IMG/VR virus record: IMGVR_UViG_3300027710_000011
Coordinates: 62,001-126,000 of that record
DNA length: 64,000 nt
Reading direction: 5' to 3' (one strand)
The number at the start of each line of letters is the position of its first letter. Within the stretch, counting starts at the first letter, position 1. The notes below the pieces were generated by a model, which worked only from the letters and a program-made list of their open reading frames with translations, was not told the DNA's origin and searched no databases. This document shows, in pieces, positions 9,890-19,684 of the stretch. The position numbers and the translations under genes were made by a program.

Positions 9890-10462
9890 TTATTTGACAC
9901 GCTTCAGAAACGATGGTTGTGGTTTAGGCTCTGGCGCAGGAGTTTCTTGCGCAGCTGCCGAATCAGTCTTCTCGCCGACCAGCGTGTCGCCAGTAAGCGC
10001 TTCGTACATGCCTGGTGTAATGGCACCAATCAGCAGGGTTTGCGCCATGGTGCCGTAGCCGAACAACTCACCCAGCTTGACGCCAGCTGGACAAAAAGCC
10101 ATCAGCATCGCTGTGAACGGAACGAACACGCTGCGAGCCTGGCCGTTGAATCGCATCATGCAACCGATGCCTTGATCGCTGATGAAGAAGTTCTTGCAGG
10201 CGCTGTCTGCAAAATTCAAGACCAGCGTCTTGCATTGATAAGACGTCGTCATCAACTTATCGTCTTTCACGACAAGTACGGGATATTCTTCCGTCTGATG
10301 AGGAATGCCTTGTACACCTTCGACGCCAGGGAAGTTGTAGATGAACTTCACATGGACCGGATCGCTCATTGCGCGCATCCAGCCAAGCAGACCAGGAACG
10401 ATGAAAGGACGGCTATCAACAACGCCCTGCAGCTGCATGTAATCAAAATCTTTTCTGGTCAT
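9890..10462 (-). CDS. sspB: SspB-like ClpXP protease adaptor
   Basis: RPFIV..W, LVLNF...A, MRFNG...VFVP..A and C-terminal PSFLKRVK align with SspB and its ClpX-binding tail (LRVVK). Confidence 0.8.
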   Translation of the reverse strand: MTRKDFDYMQLQGVVDSRPFIVPGLLGWMRAMSDPVHVKFIYNFPGVEGVQGIPHQTEEYPVLVVKDDKLMTTSYQCKTLVLNFADSACKNFFISDQGIGCMMRFNGQARSVFVPFTAMLMAFCPAGVKLGELFGYGTMAQTLLIGAITPGMYEALTGDTLVGEKTDSAAAQETPAPEPKPQPSFLKRVK

Positions 10463-10554
10463 GGTACCCTCTTTGTAGCTATACTAATAAAAGATCAGTG
10501 TAAAAATCACACGGCATAAAGGACTGGCGTTGAACCAGTCCTTTATGTATCTAG

Positions 10555-10851
10555 TCATTCTTTCACTGGAGGCTTTGCTGGGAAATGAGTCCGAGCTAAC
10601 AACTTGAACGCTGATCGATTGATGAGTATTCGACGTGCAAGCTGTCTGTCTCCTGGCTTACTTGATTGGGCCAGGGCTTGAGCAATGGCTTTTAAGTCAT
10701 CGATGGACGAGATTACTTCTTGCTCCAGAGTCTTCTCTCTTGGTGGAGCAATAGGCGACATGTCCAGCGGAACACCCATTGTGGTTTCGCCAATGATTGT
10801 GGCGAGATCATCTAGTTTCTTGTTCACACCGAAATTAAAATGGAAGTGCAT
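10555..10851 (-). CDS. Hypothetical protein
   Basis: 98-aa ORF with RBS. Confidence 0.65.
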   Translation of the reverse strand: MHFHFNFGVNKKLDDLATIIGETTMGVPLDMSPIAPPREKTLEQEVISSIDDLKAIAQALAQSSKPGDRQLARRILINRSAFKLLARTHFPAKPPVKE

Positions 10852-10871
10852 GAATCCCCCTTGATTGGATC

Positions 10872-11339
10872 CTACATAGATTTCTTGTGATTTTCAAAGA
10901 CCCTTTGGTCCACAAGATCAAGGTGTTTTTTCCATTCTAGAGGGAAAGAGCAGTTCACTGCTTCACGGAACATGGGTGCAATTTGCTCAGGTGTATAACC
11001 TGCATTACCGCAAGCAATCGAAGTAACCATGTATTCCAGATCGTTGTTGCGATGCGTGTATTCCACGAACTCGGCAACTTCGATAGCGATCTCTTCCAGA
11101 GTGCGCGTGACAATCCAGTTGTTGGTAGGCGACACTTGCTTTCTGGTAGCGATAGCGTAAGCTTGACCGGTACGGCCATGACCAACGCCTTCTACAGCGC
11201 CAAAGTACTTAGCCGCAACTAAGGCCGATGATTTCCCATGTCTCCCGCCCGTATTACTTCCGAATACCCAGATTCTATCCAGCCCGCACACAGTTCCATC
11301 AGCGTGATACACGCGCACTGGAAATAAAGGTGCAATCAT
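10872..11339 (-). CDS. A1S_2505-family phage protein (macrodomain-like fold suspected)
   Basis: IWVFGSNTGGRHGKSSA...FGAVEGVGHGRTGQAYAIAT, VTSIACGNAGY. Confidence 0.7.
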   Translation of the reverse strand: MIAPLFPVRVYHADGTVCGLDRIWVFGSNTGGRHGKSSALVAAKYFGAVEGVGHGRTGQAYAIATRKQVSPTNNWIVTRTLEEIAIEVAEFVEYTHRNNDLEYMVTSIACGNAGYTPEQIAPMFREAVNCSFPLEWKKHLDLVDQRVFENHKKSM

Positions 11340-11443
11340 TTTGTCTCCAATACGTTTGTTTACTAGATCGGTAATATGTGGCTATCGCATTCTGCAATAC
11401 GTAATAAAAGTGGGCTAGATACCCACTTTTATTTTGTGTTTGT

Positions 11444-11968
11444 TTACATCTTGAGATCGTTACTGAGGACGAAGTCGATGAGCGGAGTGTCCACATTGAC
11501 AAACGTGGTTTCAACGGCATCGTACAACATCACGGTTGCCATGCGAGAGTCGATCGCTGTGTTGTCCAGTAACAGACAAAACTGGTCATCGACAATGGTC
11601 AGGATAAAACGGATGTCGTCGTGGAAGTCCAACCGAGAACGGATGTTCCCAGTAATTGGTTTCAGCTTGACTTGCTTACGAAAAGCAAGAGAGGGTCGAC
11701 CGGAGGAGCTCTTGAACAGATTGGCTGCGAGTAAACCCACGTTGGAGTAGGTGGTTGTTTTTGCCACGTCATCATTAACGTGCGCCCGCTGCCAGAGTTC
11801 TTCAAAGATACCTTTTTGCATGTACCGTTTGATTGTGCGTGCGTTGTCGGGATCCACGTTCTTCTGAACGTTTAACAGAAATCCGGATAACGTCAGTGCA
11901 CTAAGTTTTGTAGCCAACTGCTTTTGCATCTCTTTTCCCAGTAACGTAAATCTTGGTTTACATAACAA
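11444..11968 (-). CDS. Hypothetical protein
   Basis: 174-aa ORF. Confidence 0.65.
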   Translation of the reverse strand: MLCKPRFTLLGKEMQKQLATKLSALTLSGFLLNVQKNVDPDNARTIKRYMQKGIFEELWQRAHVNDDVAKTTTYSNVGLLAANLFKSSSGRPSLAFRKQVKLKPITGNIRSRLDFHDDIRFILTIVDDQFCLLLDNTAIDSRMATVMLYDAVETTFVNVDTPLIDFVLSNDLKM

Positions 11969-12118
11969 TGCACCAAGTCCCTCAACCTATGTCTTTACAC
12001 AGTATAAAAAGTCGGGAGGAATCCTATGCTTTTACAAAGCGATTTGTTTAACCAACTGTAAAGGAATGAGCTCTATGTTGCGTCCAACCAACTGGTGGCA
12101 TAAGTAGGTCAAGCGACC

Positions 12119-15100
12119 ATGCCTTCAAATACAACAAAACCATACGGCGGGTTAAGTCGTGACCGACTGACTCAGCTGATCAATGACTTCAACAACACGA
12201 ATCGCGTTGAAGGCGTAGATTTCATCTACGGCGTGCCGGTAGCACACACAGGTCCAAATGGTGAGAACACAAAGATCACCCTGACGCCTTTGCCGGACAC
12301 GATTTACGACGGTCCTGTGGACGTGCATTATTCGCGTCTGCGACTGAACGTTCTGGAGTTCTTGCCAGAAGGTTTCATTCGCGCTGCGGTGATCAAAGAC
12401 TTTCCTTTCTGGATCCACTCAGTCTTGCCGGAGATCAATGCCGCGTTGGGTCTGAATCTGGATGCATCGGAAGTCGTCAACACGCACTACGAAGGTCCTC
12501 AATCAACGTACCGTTTGGAAATCGTTCCAAGCGCTTCTGTTGCTTGGAGGCCGAGCTTCTATGATTTTCACGCCGTTCTCGGTGTGGAGCTCACAGATTC
12601 GTTCTTCACTGACATCGCAGATGGTTTCATCTGGAGCGGTAACGCGCTTGAAGACGTATTGCCGCGCGATTATCTGGAAGGCTTCGTTGCAGAAACCACG
12701 GAACTGAGTGTCGTCATTACTGGCGAAGTTGCGAATGGTTTTGCTCCGCGCGTAACACAGCTGTCTGAAATCATCCCTGTCAATAAGCTGGACGGTTTCG
12801 CTGCTGCGCTGTACGAACTCGAACGCGCTATTCCGACTGACAAGTTGGACGGCTTTGTTTTGACACCCGGTAAGCTTGAAGACCTGATTGGTCCCAAGGC
12901 CCTGGGCTTCGTGGCAGAAACATCACCTCTGGCTTCCTTCATTCCTGATGTAGCCGACGGCTTCGTTTGGACATTGTCGAGCCTGGCTGACTTCTTCCCC
13001 AGTAACGTGATGGGTGGCTTTGAGTTGACGCCTGGCGTTATCTCTAGCTTCTTCCCTGATAAGCTGGACGGCTTTGCCGCGACAACGACATCTCTGCATA
13101 CGTTGATCAACGATGTGGCTGACGGTTTCGATCGCTTCAGTACCAACCTGGGTACGCTGATTGCCGACAAGGCAGACGGTTTTGACCCTGTGTTCTTCTC
13201 GATTCCTTCGGCCTTCAACTCAGACATCCTGGACGGCTTTGTTGTTGCCGAACGTGAGTTGGGTGAGTTCTACCCTAGTAATGTCCTGGACGGCTTTGCT
13301 AAGTCCGAGAGTAACTTCGCTGGATTCTTCCCTAGCGACGTGGTAGATGGTTTCGTGTACACGCCTGGTGACTTGGCTGCTTTCTTTGCCAATAAGGCAG
13401 ACGGCTTTATCTGGACTGAGCGCGAGCTGGGCGAACTGATCGCTGACACTGCTGATGGATTCATTCGTCCTGAAGTAGAGTTGTCGACGCTGATCTACAA
13501 GGATCAAGCAGAAGGCTTCGTACCTAACACCACTGAACTGAGTGAAGTGATTGTTCAAGACGTTGCTACGGGCTTTGTTCGTACCGACAATGAACTGTCC
13601 AACCTGTTCACTGATGTAGCATCCGGTTTTGCGTTGACACCGCGCGAATTGAGCGAGTTGTTTGTTGATCAAGCATCTGGCTTCATCGTTAGCGATACCA
13701 ACCTGAGTGAAATTCTGGCTGACGTACTGAACGGTTTCGTACGTACCCCGACCTTGCTCGAACAAGTGATTTCTGACGTTGCCACTGGCTTCGATGCAAT
13801 CACTTACACACTGGAAGAGAAATTCAATTCAGACATCCTGAACGGTTTCGTTGAAACATTCAGTGACTTGGAACGTCTGATCGATGATTTCGCCAACGGT
13901 TTCGCTTATACGCCAATGCCACTTGGACAGATGTTCGGTGACATCGGTTTGGGCTTCGACATCGTTCCGACAAATCTGTCTGAACTGATTGGCGATGTCG
14001 CTACTGGTTTTGAAGTTCAAGATTCCACGATCGGGACGTTCTTCCAAGACGTCGCTGATGGCTTTGTCCTGACAGAAAACACACTGTCGGCAGTATTTGA
14101 AGACCAAGCCCTCGGGTTTGTTCCACAAACAACTGGTTTGACTGAAGTCATTCCTGGCCATGTGATGGGAGGTTTCTCGCCTTCGACTACAGAGCTGGCT
14201 GAGCTGATCGTTACTGATGTGGCTGACGGTTTCATTCCGCGCACAACAGCACTGGACGACTTGATTGCTAACGTCGCTTCTGGCTTCACGTTGACGGAGG
14301 GTGACCTCCAAGACTTGATTGCTACAGACGTGATGGATGGCTTCACGCCTGAGACCACTGAATTGTCCGTTCTGTTTGACGACGCTGCCAACGGCTTTGT
14401 TTACACAGAAGGCGACATTGGTCAGTTGATCACTGATACAGCAGATGGTTTTGTTTGGACAGCCTCTGACATCGCTGGATTCTTTAGCGATAGCGCAGAT
14501 GGTTTCGTTCTGACCGAAGGTAATCTGGCATCTCTGTTCGTGGACGCTGCCAACGGCTTCTCACGGACTGAATCCAGCCTGACTGTCTTCATCTCCGACC
14601 TCGCTGACGGTTTCACACCCGTTGTCGTGGCACTTTCGGACTTGATCGCAGATAAGGCAGATGGCTTTGCACCTTTCGAACCTGACCTGAATTCGTTGAT
14701 TGCTGACAAAGCTGATGGATTCGTACTGACACCTGGAGAGGTTGAAAACCTGTTCAGCGATGTAATGGACGGCTTCGTGCCTGAAACTACATTGATCGAT
14801 ACGCTGTTCGTTACTGATGTAGCACGCGGCTTCACAGCAGAGACATCTGCTCTAGGTACTTTCCTGCAAGACACAGCTGACGGTTTCGTTTGGACACCTA
14901 CCGATATTGATAGCAAGTTTGTATTCGATGTCGTTGAAGGTTTTGTCTGGACTGAATCCTCGCTGGACAGTTTCATCACTGCTGATGTACTCGATGGCTT
15001 TGTTGCAAGCGTAACTCCGCTTAGCGACATGGTGACCGCTGACGTGTTGGATGGGTTCATTGCTCAGACAACAGCTTTGTCAGAATTGATCAGTAACGTG

Positions 15101-16396
15101 GCGACGGGCTTTAGCCCTGAATCTACACCACTGAGCACTCTGATCACAGCAGACGTAGCGACGGGCTTCATTGTTAGCGAAACGGCTCTCAGCGAGATTA
15201 TCGTTGGTGAGACCGCTAACGGGTTCTCTGCACAGACTACAGCGCTCTCAGCGTTGATTACGGACGTCGCAGACGGCTTTGTGCGTGGTGAAAGTGAACT
15301 GACTAGCTTCATTGCCGACAAGGCAGATGGCTTCGTCTTTACACCTGGTCAGCTGGAAGTGCTGATTGGTAACGTTGCAACCGGTTTCGTACCGGAAACA
15401 ACTGACCTGTCTGCAATGATCGGTGACGTTGCAACCGGCTTCGTCTTTACGCCTGGTCTGATCAGTGATCTGTTTGTTGAGATTGCTGATGGCTTTGCTC
15501 CTGGTACTAGCGACATCGCTACGTTCTTTGCAGATGTTGCTGACGGCTTTGCTGTCGGCACAACGGTTCTGTCGACACTCATCGCTGATAAGGCCGATGG
15601 TTTCGTGGCGGCCGCAACTGATCTGTCAAGCTTGGTCGCAAACGTTGCTGACGGTTTCGTCTACACCGAGAACGACCTGACGAACGTGATCGCTGACAAG
15701 GCAGACGGGTTTGTTGCTGAAACAACAGACATTAATGGCTTGTTCGCTAGCAATGTGTTGGATGGCTTCGATAGCGTTCACACCACGATTGCCACAATGA
15801 TCTCTGACGTCGCTTCTGGCTTCGTCTGGAGTGAACGTGCTCTTAGCGAGCTGATTGTCCCTGATGTCCTGGACGGCTTCGACACTGGCGAGCAAACGCT
15901 CAATAGCGTGATTGCTGACAAGGTTGATGGCTTCCTGGCCACACCTGATGCAGACGGTCAATTGACTAACGCACTCTTCGTATTGCGTCCTGCAGATACA
16001 CAGTGGGCTGACGGTACCGTTATCGATGGTCGTATTGTTGAGAACATGCTTGTTCCAACCAGTCAAGATACGTGGGAAACTTTGCCCGCAACTTGGTCTG
16101 AATGGAATACGTGGCTGAGCAATCCGAACCCGATTGTCGAGTACGAAGAAGTAATTGACCTGGGTCAAGTCCGCACTGTTCGCTTGCGTGTTGATGCTGC
16201 TATCAATACAGCAACGACGGAAGGATGGGAAGCTAGGTACGTTACCAGCCTTGACGGAGTTGATTGGGGCAATGAAACATCGTGGCGTGATTTCCCAGGC
16301 AATAACGTAACAACGCGTTACGTGAAGGTCAAATGGGCCGCTCTCGGTACCTTCGCTACATTGTTGTCGCCAATGCTGACTGTTTACGAAAATTAA
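12119..16396 (+). CDS. Large virion structural / fibre-like protein with ~19-aa acidic tandem repeats
   Basis: 1425 aa; N-terminal domain with G..dvhY.Rl motif typical of phiKZ-like virion proteins; roughly 55-60 L..LI.D.A.GF repeats; distinct C-terminal domain. Confidence 0.75.
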   Translation: MPSNTTKPYGGLSRDRLTQLINDFNNTNRVEGVDFIYGVPVAHTGPNGENTKITLTPLPDTIYDGPVDVHYSRLRLNVLEFLPEGFIRAAVIKDFPFWIHSVLPEINAALGLNLDASEVVNTHYEGPQSTYRLEIVPSASVAWRPSFYDFHAVLGVELTDSFFTDIADGFIWSGNALEDVLPRDYLEGFVAETTELSVVITGEVANGFAPRVTQLSEIIPVNKLDGFAAALYELERAIPTDKLDGFVLTPGKLEDLIGPKALGFVAETSPLASFIPDVADGFVWTLSSLADFFPSNVMGGFELTPGVISSFFPDKLDGFAATTTSLHTLINDVADGFDRFSTNLGTLIADKADGFDPVFFSIPSAFNSDILDGFVVAERELGEFYPSNVLDGFAKSESNFAGFFPSDVVDGFVYTPGDLAAFFANKADGFIWTERELGELIADTADGFIRPEVELSTLIYKDQAEGFVPNTTELSEVIVQDVATGFVRTDNELSNLFTDVASGFALTPRELSELFVDQASGFIVSDTNLSEILADVLNGFVRTPTLLEQVISDVATGFDAITYTLEEKFNSDILNGFVETFSDLERLIDDFANGFAYTPMPLGQMFGDIGLGFDIVPTNLSELIGDVATGFEVQDSTIGTFFQDVADGFVLTENTLSAVFEDQALGFVPQTTGLTEVIPGHVMGGFSPSTTELAELIVTDVADGFIPRTTALDDLIANVASGFTLTEGDLQDLIATDVMDGFTPETTELSVLFDDAANGFVYTEGDIGQLITDTADGFVWTASDIAGFFSDSADGFVLTEGNLASLFVDAANGFSRTESSLTVFISDLADGFTPVVVALSDLIADKADGFAPFEPDLNSLIADKADGFVLTPGEVENLFSDVMDGFVPETTLIDTLFVTDVARGFTAETSALGTFLQDTADGFVWTPTDIDSKFVFDVVEGFVWTESSLDSFITADVLDGFVASVTPLSDMVTADVLDGFIAQTTALSELISNVATGFSPESTPLSTLITADVATGFIVSETALSEIIVGETANGFSAQTTALSALITDVADGFVRGESELTSFIADKADGFVFTPGQLEVLIGNVATGFVPETTDLSAMIGDVATGFVFTPGLISDLFVEIADGFAPGTSDIATFFADVADGFAVGTTVLSTLIADKADGFVAAATDLSSLVANVADGFVYTENDLTNVIADKADGFVAETTDINGLFASNVLDGFDSVHTTIATMISDVASGFVWSERALSELIVPDVLDGFDTGEQTLNSVIADKVDGFLATPDADGQLTNALFVLRPADTQWADGTVIDGRIVENMLVPTSQDTWETLPATWSEWNTWLSNPNPIVEYEEVIDLGQVRTVRLRVDAAINTATTEGWEARYVTSLDGVDWGNETSWRDFPGNNVTTRYVKVKWAALGTFATLLSPMLTVYEN
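12620..15940 (+). repeat. Degenerate ~57-nt (19-codon) coding tandem repeat
   Basis: GAC/GAT-GGN-TTY (D-G-F) recurs about every 57-60 nt. Confidence 0.85.
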
Positions 16397-16698
16397 ACAG
16401 TGACGGCATAGAGGGTAGAGCAGTCATCTTACTGACTGATTGCTCTACCTCAGATTATAATGTGAAGCAAGTTATTTTTGGAAGTACAAGAATAATTTGC
16501 TACACCCTTGTGTTGCCTGTACGCTAACTACGTACCGCAAGCTCAGTCCTCTTCAAGCCAAAACACAGGGTAAGGTTTGAAGTAACCACTTTTGCTCAAT
16601 GTGGTGGTCGTTAATTCGAGTAACATTGAGGGTTCTATTCTTATCCTATGTGGTAACACCCCCTAGGTAACTTTTTCATCTCTCATCTGGAGAATCAC

Positions 16699-17160
16699 AT
16701 GTCTGGTTTGCAAGTCGATCGCGCCAAGAGCGCTGACCAAAATATGCTGGCACTGATCCTGACCGCATCTTCGTTCGCCTTCACCGGCAGCGAATTCACG
16801 GTGGGCCCTGCTTCCGCACAAACTCCTGCTGATCCGCAAGAGAAGACCAACAGCCAAGTCACGCTGACCGCCGTCGCCAATTCCGGCTTCACCGGCACCA
16901 AGACCCTGCGCTACGCTCGCCTGGTCATCGGCCAAACTCGTCCCGGCGCCAAGGTGGCCTACGTGATCGGCGGCGCCGACACTCTGAGCACCCTGAAGTC
17001 CGCCATCGCTGTGGAACACAACCTGGTCGAGTCCGAGTTCGACATCACTGGTTCGTTGCCTGCTCAAGGCGCTGCTGCTGCCGTGTTCGCTGTGACCGCC
17101 GCCGGCGCCAGCAAGCTGTACACCGGCACCATCAACGTGTCCGTGACCTACCCTGCCTAA
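16699..17160 (+). CDS. Small virion structural protein
   Basis: Ala/Thr-rich, strongly C-ending codons; GTKTLRYARL motif like the N-terminus of 12119..16396. Confidence 0.7.
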   Translation: MSGLQVDRAKSADQNMLALILTASSFAFTGSEFTVGPASAQTPADPQEKTNSQVTLTAVANSGFTGTKTLRYARLVIGQTRPGAKVAYVIGGADTLSTLKSAIAVEHNLVESEFDITGSLPAQGAAAAVFAVTAAGASKLYTGTINVSVTYPA

Positions 17161-17174
17161 TCACCGGTGGTCTA

Positions 17175-17202
17175 ATAAAGGAGGGCTTCGGCCCTCCTTT
17201 AT
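17175..17202. terminator. Terminator between convergent genes
   Basis: ATAAAGGAGGGC-TTCG-GCCCTCCTTTAT. Confidence 0.85.
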
Positions 17203-17276
17203 GCCGTCTAAAGCAAAAAATAAAACACAGAATAAACAGAGGAGTCGAAACTCCTCTGTTTACTACATTCTCTTTC

Positions 17277-18194
17277 CTACTGTGCTTTAACAACGTACGT
17301 TTTAACTACTTTGTGCCCAACGCCTTCGTTCACGGTTTTATCGTTGATCCAGACGACTTTACCGCTCTTATAGTGGCGCTTGTGGCCTCGACGAACATGT
17401 TCTCGTGGTCTGAACCGCTCATCAATTCCTTCAGATGGTCCCGCATAATCAGTAGCTTCCGGAGATACAACATCTATTTCCAGAATACGGTAACTATCAA
17501 AAGGAAGTACGCCCTTTGGTAAGGACTTGTTATTGAACTGAGCTTTCTTCAAAATCTTGGGCGGACCCACGTTAACATTTGCACACGACAGCGCGTTTAA
17601 AAAGTTCATAAGCGCATGAGCTTCATCGTTGTAATCGGTAATTGGAAACCGACCATCAGAGGTAGCAATCAAAATAGCACAACTACCGTCCGCTGTAGTA
17701 GTTTTGAAATCCTTTTTAGGGATTGCGCCCATCGGTAATATGCACCATTTTTTATGTTTTTCATCGTAAAAGCACGGTTGAAAGAAAATGAATCTTTCAT
17801 CGCCACTTTCAGTTGCATAAACCAAACGCTTTCTTGACAGTATAGTGGTTTCTGCGTAATTACCCTCGATCCCTTTGGCCCTCATTTCCGCCTGCTGCGC
17901 CTGGATGATGAATTGATCTTCAGGTCTATCCTCACTCCGATCACGAGTAACGTTGAACTCAAGGCAAATTGTTTTAAACGGTAAGCGAAGTTCTTCGTCG
18001 TTGGGAAGTCCCGACAACCCTTTATCATCGAGAACAAAACCGTTATCAGGCAGCACGAACTTCTCAGAATCACGATGCAGCTTAGCGACGTAATATAGAT
18101 CCTCAGCATACTTGTGATCGCCAAGTGCCCTGACTCCATTTTCAAACTTTTTAGCATAAGCAGCAACTGCTCGGCTATAATTGAAGTATTCCAT
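17277..18194 (-). CDS. Hypothetical phage protein with PREHVRRGH motif
   Basis: 305-aa AT-richer ORF; C-terminal PREHVRRGHKRHY...VWI. Confidence 0.75.
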   Translation of the reverse strand: MEYFNYSRAVAAYAKKFENGVRALGDHKYAEDLYYVAKLHRDSEKFVLPDNGFVLDDKGLSGLPNDEELRLPFKTICLEFNVTRDRSEDRPEDQFIIQAQQAEMRAKGIEGNYAETTILSRKRLVYATESGDERFIFFQPCFYDEKHKKWCILPMGAIPKKDFKTTTADGSCAILIATSDGRFPITDYNDEAHALMNFLNALSCANVNVGPPKILKKAQFNNKSLPKGVLPFDSYRILEIDVVSPEATDYAGPSEGIDERFRPREHVRRGHKRHYKSGKVVWINDKTVNEGVGHKVVKTYVVKAQ

Positions 18195-18314
18195 GGTTGT
18201 TTCCTCTTTGGTTATGACGTATTACGCTGCAATAATAAGTATCTGAAATATTCTAGGCTATAGTTCTTAACAAAAAAGAAAGAGCATATGCAGGGAGCCG
18301 AAGCTCCCTGCATT

Positions 18315-18674
18315 TTAGTTCTTAGGCAACTTCTTGAAGTTTTGTCTGAACTCTTCTGGGGAATAGTGTTTGCTACCAACGATCTTGGTGCACGTCGGGT
18401 CAAACGCAATTGCATGACCCATGCAGACTTCATCGGAACCTTTCCAACCAAAGGTGATAAGGATACCTTGTTGGAATTCAGTGCCGGCAGTGAAATGTCC
18501 GCGATTGATATCTGGTGTCTTTCCGCCGCCCTCCTCGACTTTGCGTATATCGATGAATAAATTCTTCATGAAGTCTGCGTGCTCCTGCAGCAAGCCGCAA
18601 GTAGTTGCAAAATCAAAGAACTCGATTGGATCTTCCATCTCCAACATCTTCTCGAGATTGTTCTTTTCAGCCAT
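18315..18674 (-). CDS. Hypothetical protein
   Basis: ORF with RBS, ends at a terminator hairpin. Confidence 0.7.
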   Translation of the reverse strand: MAEKNNLEKMLEMEDPIEFFDFATTCGLLQEHADFMKNLFIDIRKVEEGGGKTPDINRGHFTAGTEFQQGILITFGWKGSDEVCMGHAIAFDPTCTKIVGSKHYSPEEFRQNFKKLPKN

Positions 18675-18687
18675 TTACTCCTCCTTC

Positions 18688-19158
18688 TTACTTGAAAGTA
18701 TTTCTGCGCCAACGACCGTTTATGTCGCTAACAGGGTTGATAGAGCCGCCCTCACCCGCCAGCTTCATTTGGTCGCCGATGAGTTCGCGCATCTTGAACT
18801 GCTTTTGCACGCGCAGTTCGATGAAGACTTCGCCACACACGTCGTCAATCTGTGCGTAGTAATCGTCTTCATCGAACTCTTCACCTTGCGTGTCGGTGAC
18901 TTCATTGACGGCCTTGCGGAAAGCAGCCGCAGCTTTGGCCATCTCTACTTTTTCACGTTCTCTGAAACCCACTGGAAAGGTTTCAGGATCAGGCTTGGCC
19001 ACCATGGCTTCTGCGCCGCAATGCGAGATCTTCTGGCGTTGAGCATCCGTCATGTAAGGGAAGTACTTTTTGAGCACCTCCTCAAACTGATCGATCACGA
19101 ACTGCTTGAAAATCAAGTACAGCTCTTGATTGGTTGGGATCTTTATAACGTTACTCAT
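18688..19158 (-). CDS. Hypothetical protein
   Basis: ORF with stop/start coupling. Confidence 0.7.
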   Translation of the reverse strand: MSNVIKIPTNQELYLIFKQFVIDQFEEVLKKYFPYMTDAQRQKISHCGAEAMVAKPDPETFPVGFREREKVEMAKAAAAFRKAVNEVTDTQGEEFDEDDYYAQIDDVCGEVFIELRVQKQFKMRELIGDQMKLAGEGGSINPVSDINGRWRRNTFK

Positions 19159-19436
19159 CAGCGCACCTGACCTGTTCGACGTGCCGTGATGTTACGCATC
19201 GCTTGACGATACGTCGGGAACAGCGATTCATGCAAGCGCCAGGGTGTGAACAAATGCATGATCCAGCCGCTTTTGCTCTTGATCTTTGCCTTGAGCAAGC
19301 CGTCTTTGATGATCGGCTTGCTCAAGAACAACAGAGGCTGAGGTTTTGACTTTTCTGTCAATTCACCGGCCGGACATGTCCACATAGTGGTGCCCGACTT
19401 GAGCTTCTTGAATTTCTTGGAATTAGGATTCATCAC
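19158..19436 (-). CDS. Hypothetical protein
   Basis: Basic 92-aa ORF with overlaps. Confidence 0.65.
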   Translation of the reverse strand: MMNPNSKKFKKLKSGTTMWTCPAGELTEKSKPQPLLFLSKPIIKDGLLKAKIKSKSGWIMHLFTPWRLHESLFPTYRQAMRNITARRTGQVR

Positions 19437-19684
19437 ATCTTCTCCGGAGTATGACCTTCAGGCCAAGGATCACTGCTGTCGCTTAAAACATCAATCATCC
19501 GGTTACGTACATCGTCACCACGGTCGCTGTGGAATTCGATAATGACATCGCCTTGAGTCGAATATTTCGTATGGAAATCTCGCAGTGCTTCAAGAGAAAG
19601 CGAAGCCTCCGAGACGATATCCCAATTCTCTTTCGTGTCTTTCATCAACACGTAAGGCACGTTGGAGGCTTCTTGCATTTTCAC
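19433..19684 (-). CDS. Hypothetical protein, paralogue of the C-terminus of 19681..20340
   Basis: Shared W.I......EF....R...IDVLS..D.WPEG..PEK. Confidence 0.7.
   Translation of the reverse strand: MKMQEASNVPYVLMKDTKENWDIVSEASLSLEALRDFHTKYSTQGDVIIEFHSDRGDDVRNRMIDVLSDSSDPWPEGHTPEKM

Noticed and set aside
12620-15940. CRISPR array or DGR-like repeats
   Set aside because: The repeats are degenerate, in-frame coding repeats without identical DNA repeats or spacers; no cas or reverse transcriptase gene lies in the window.
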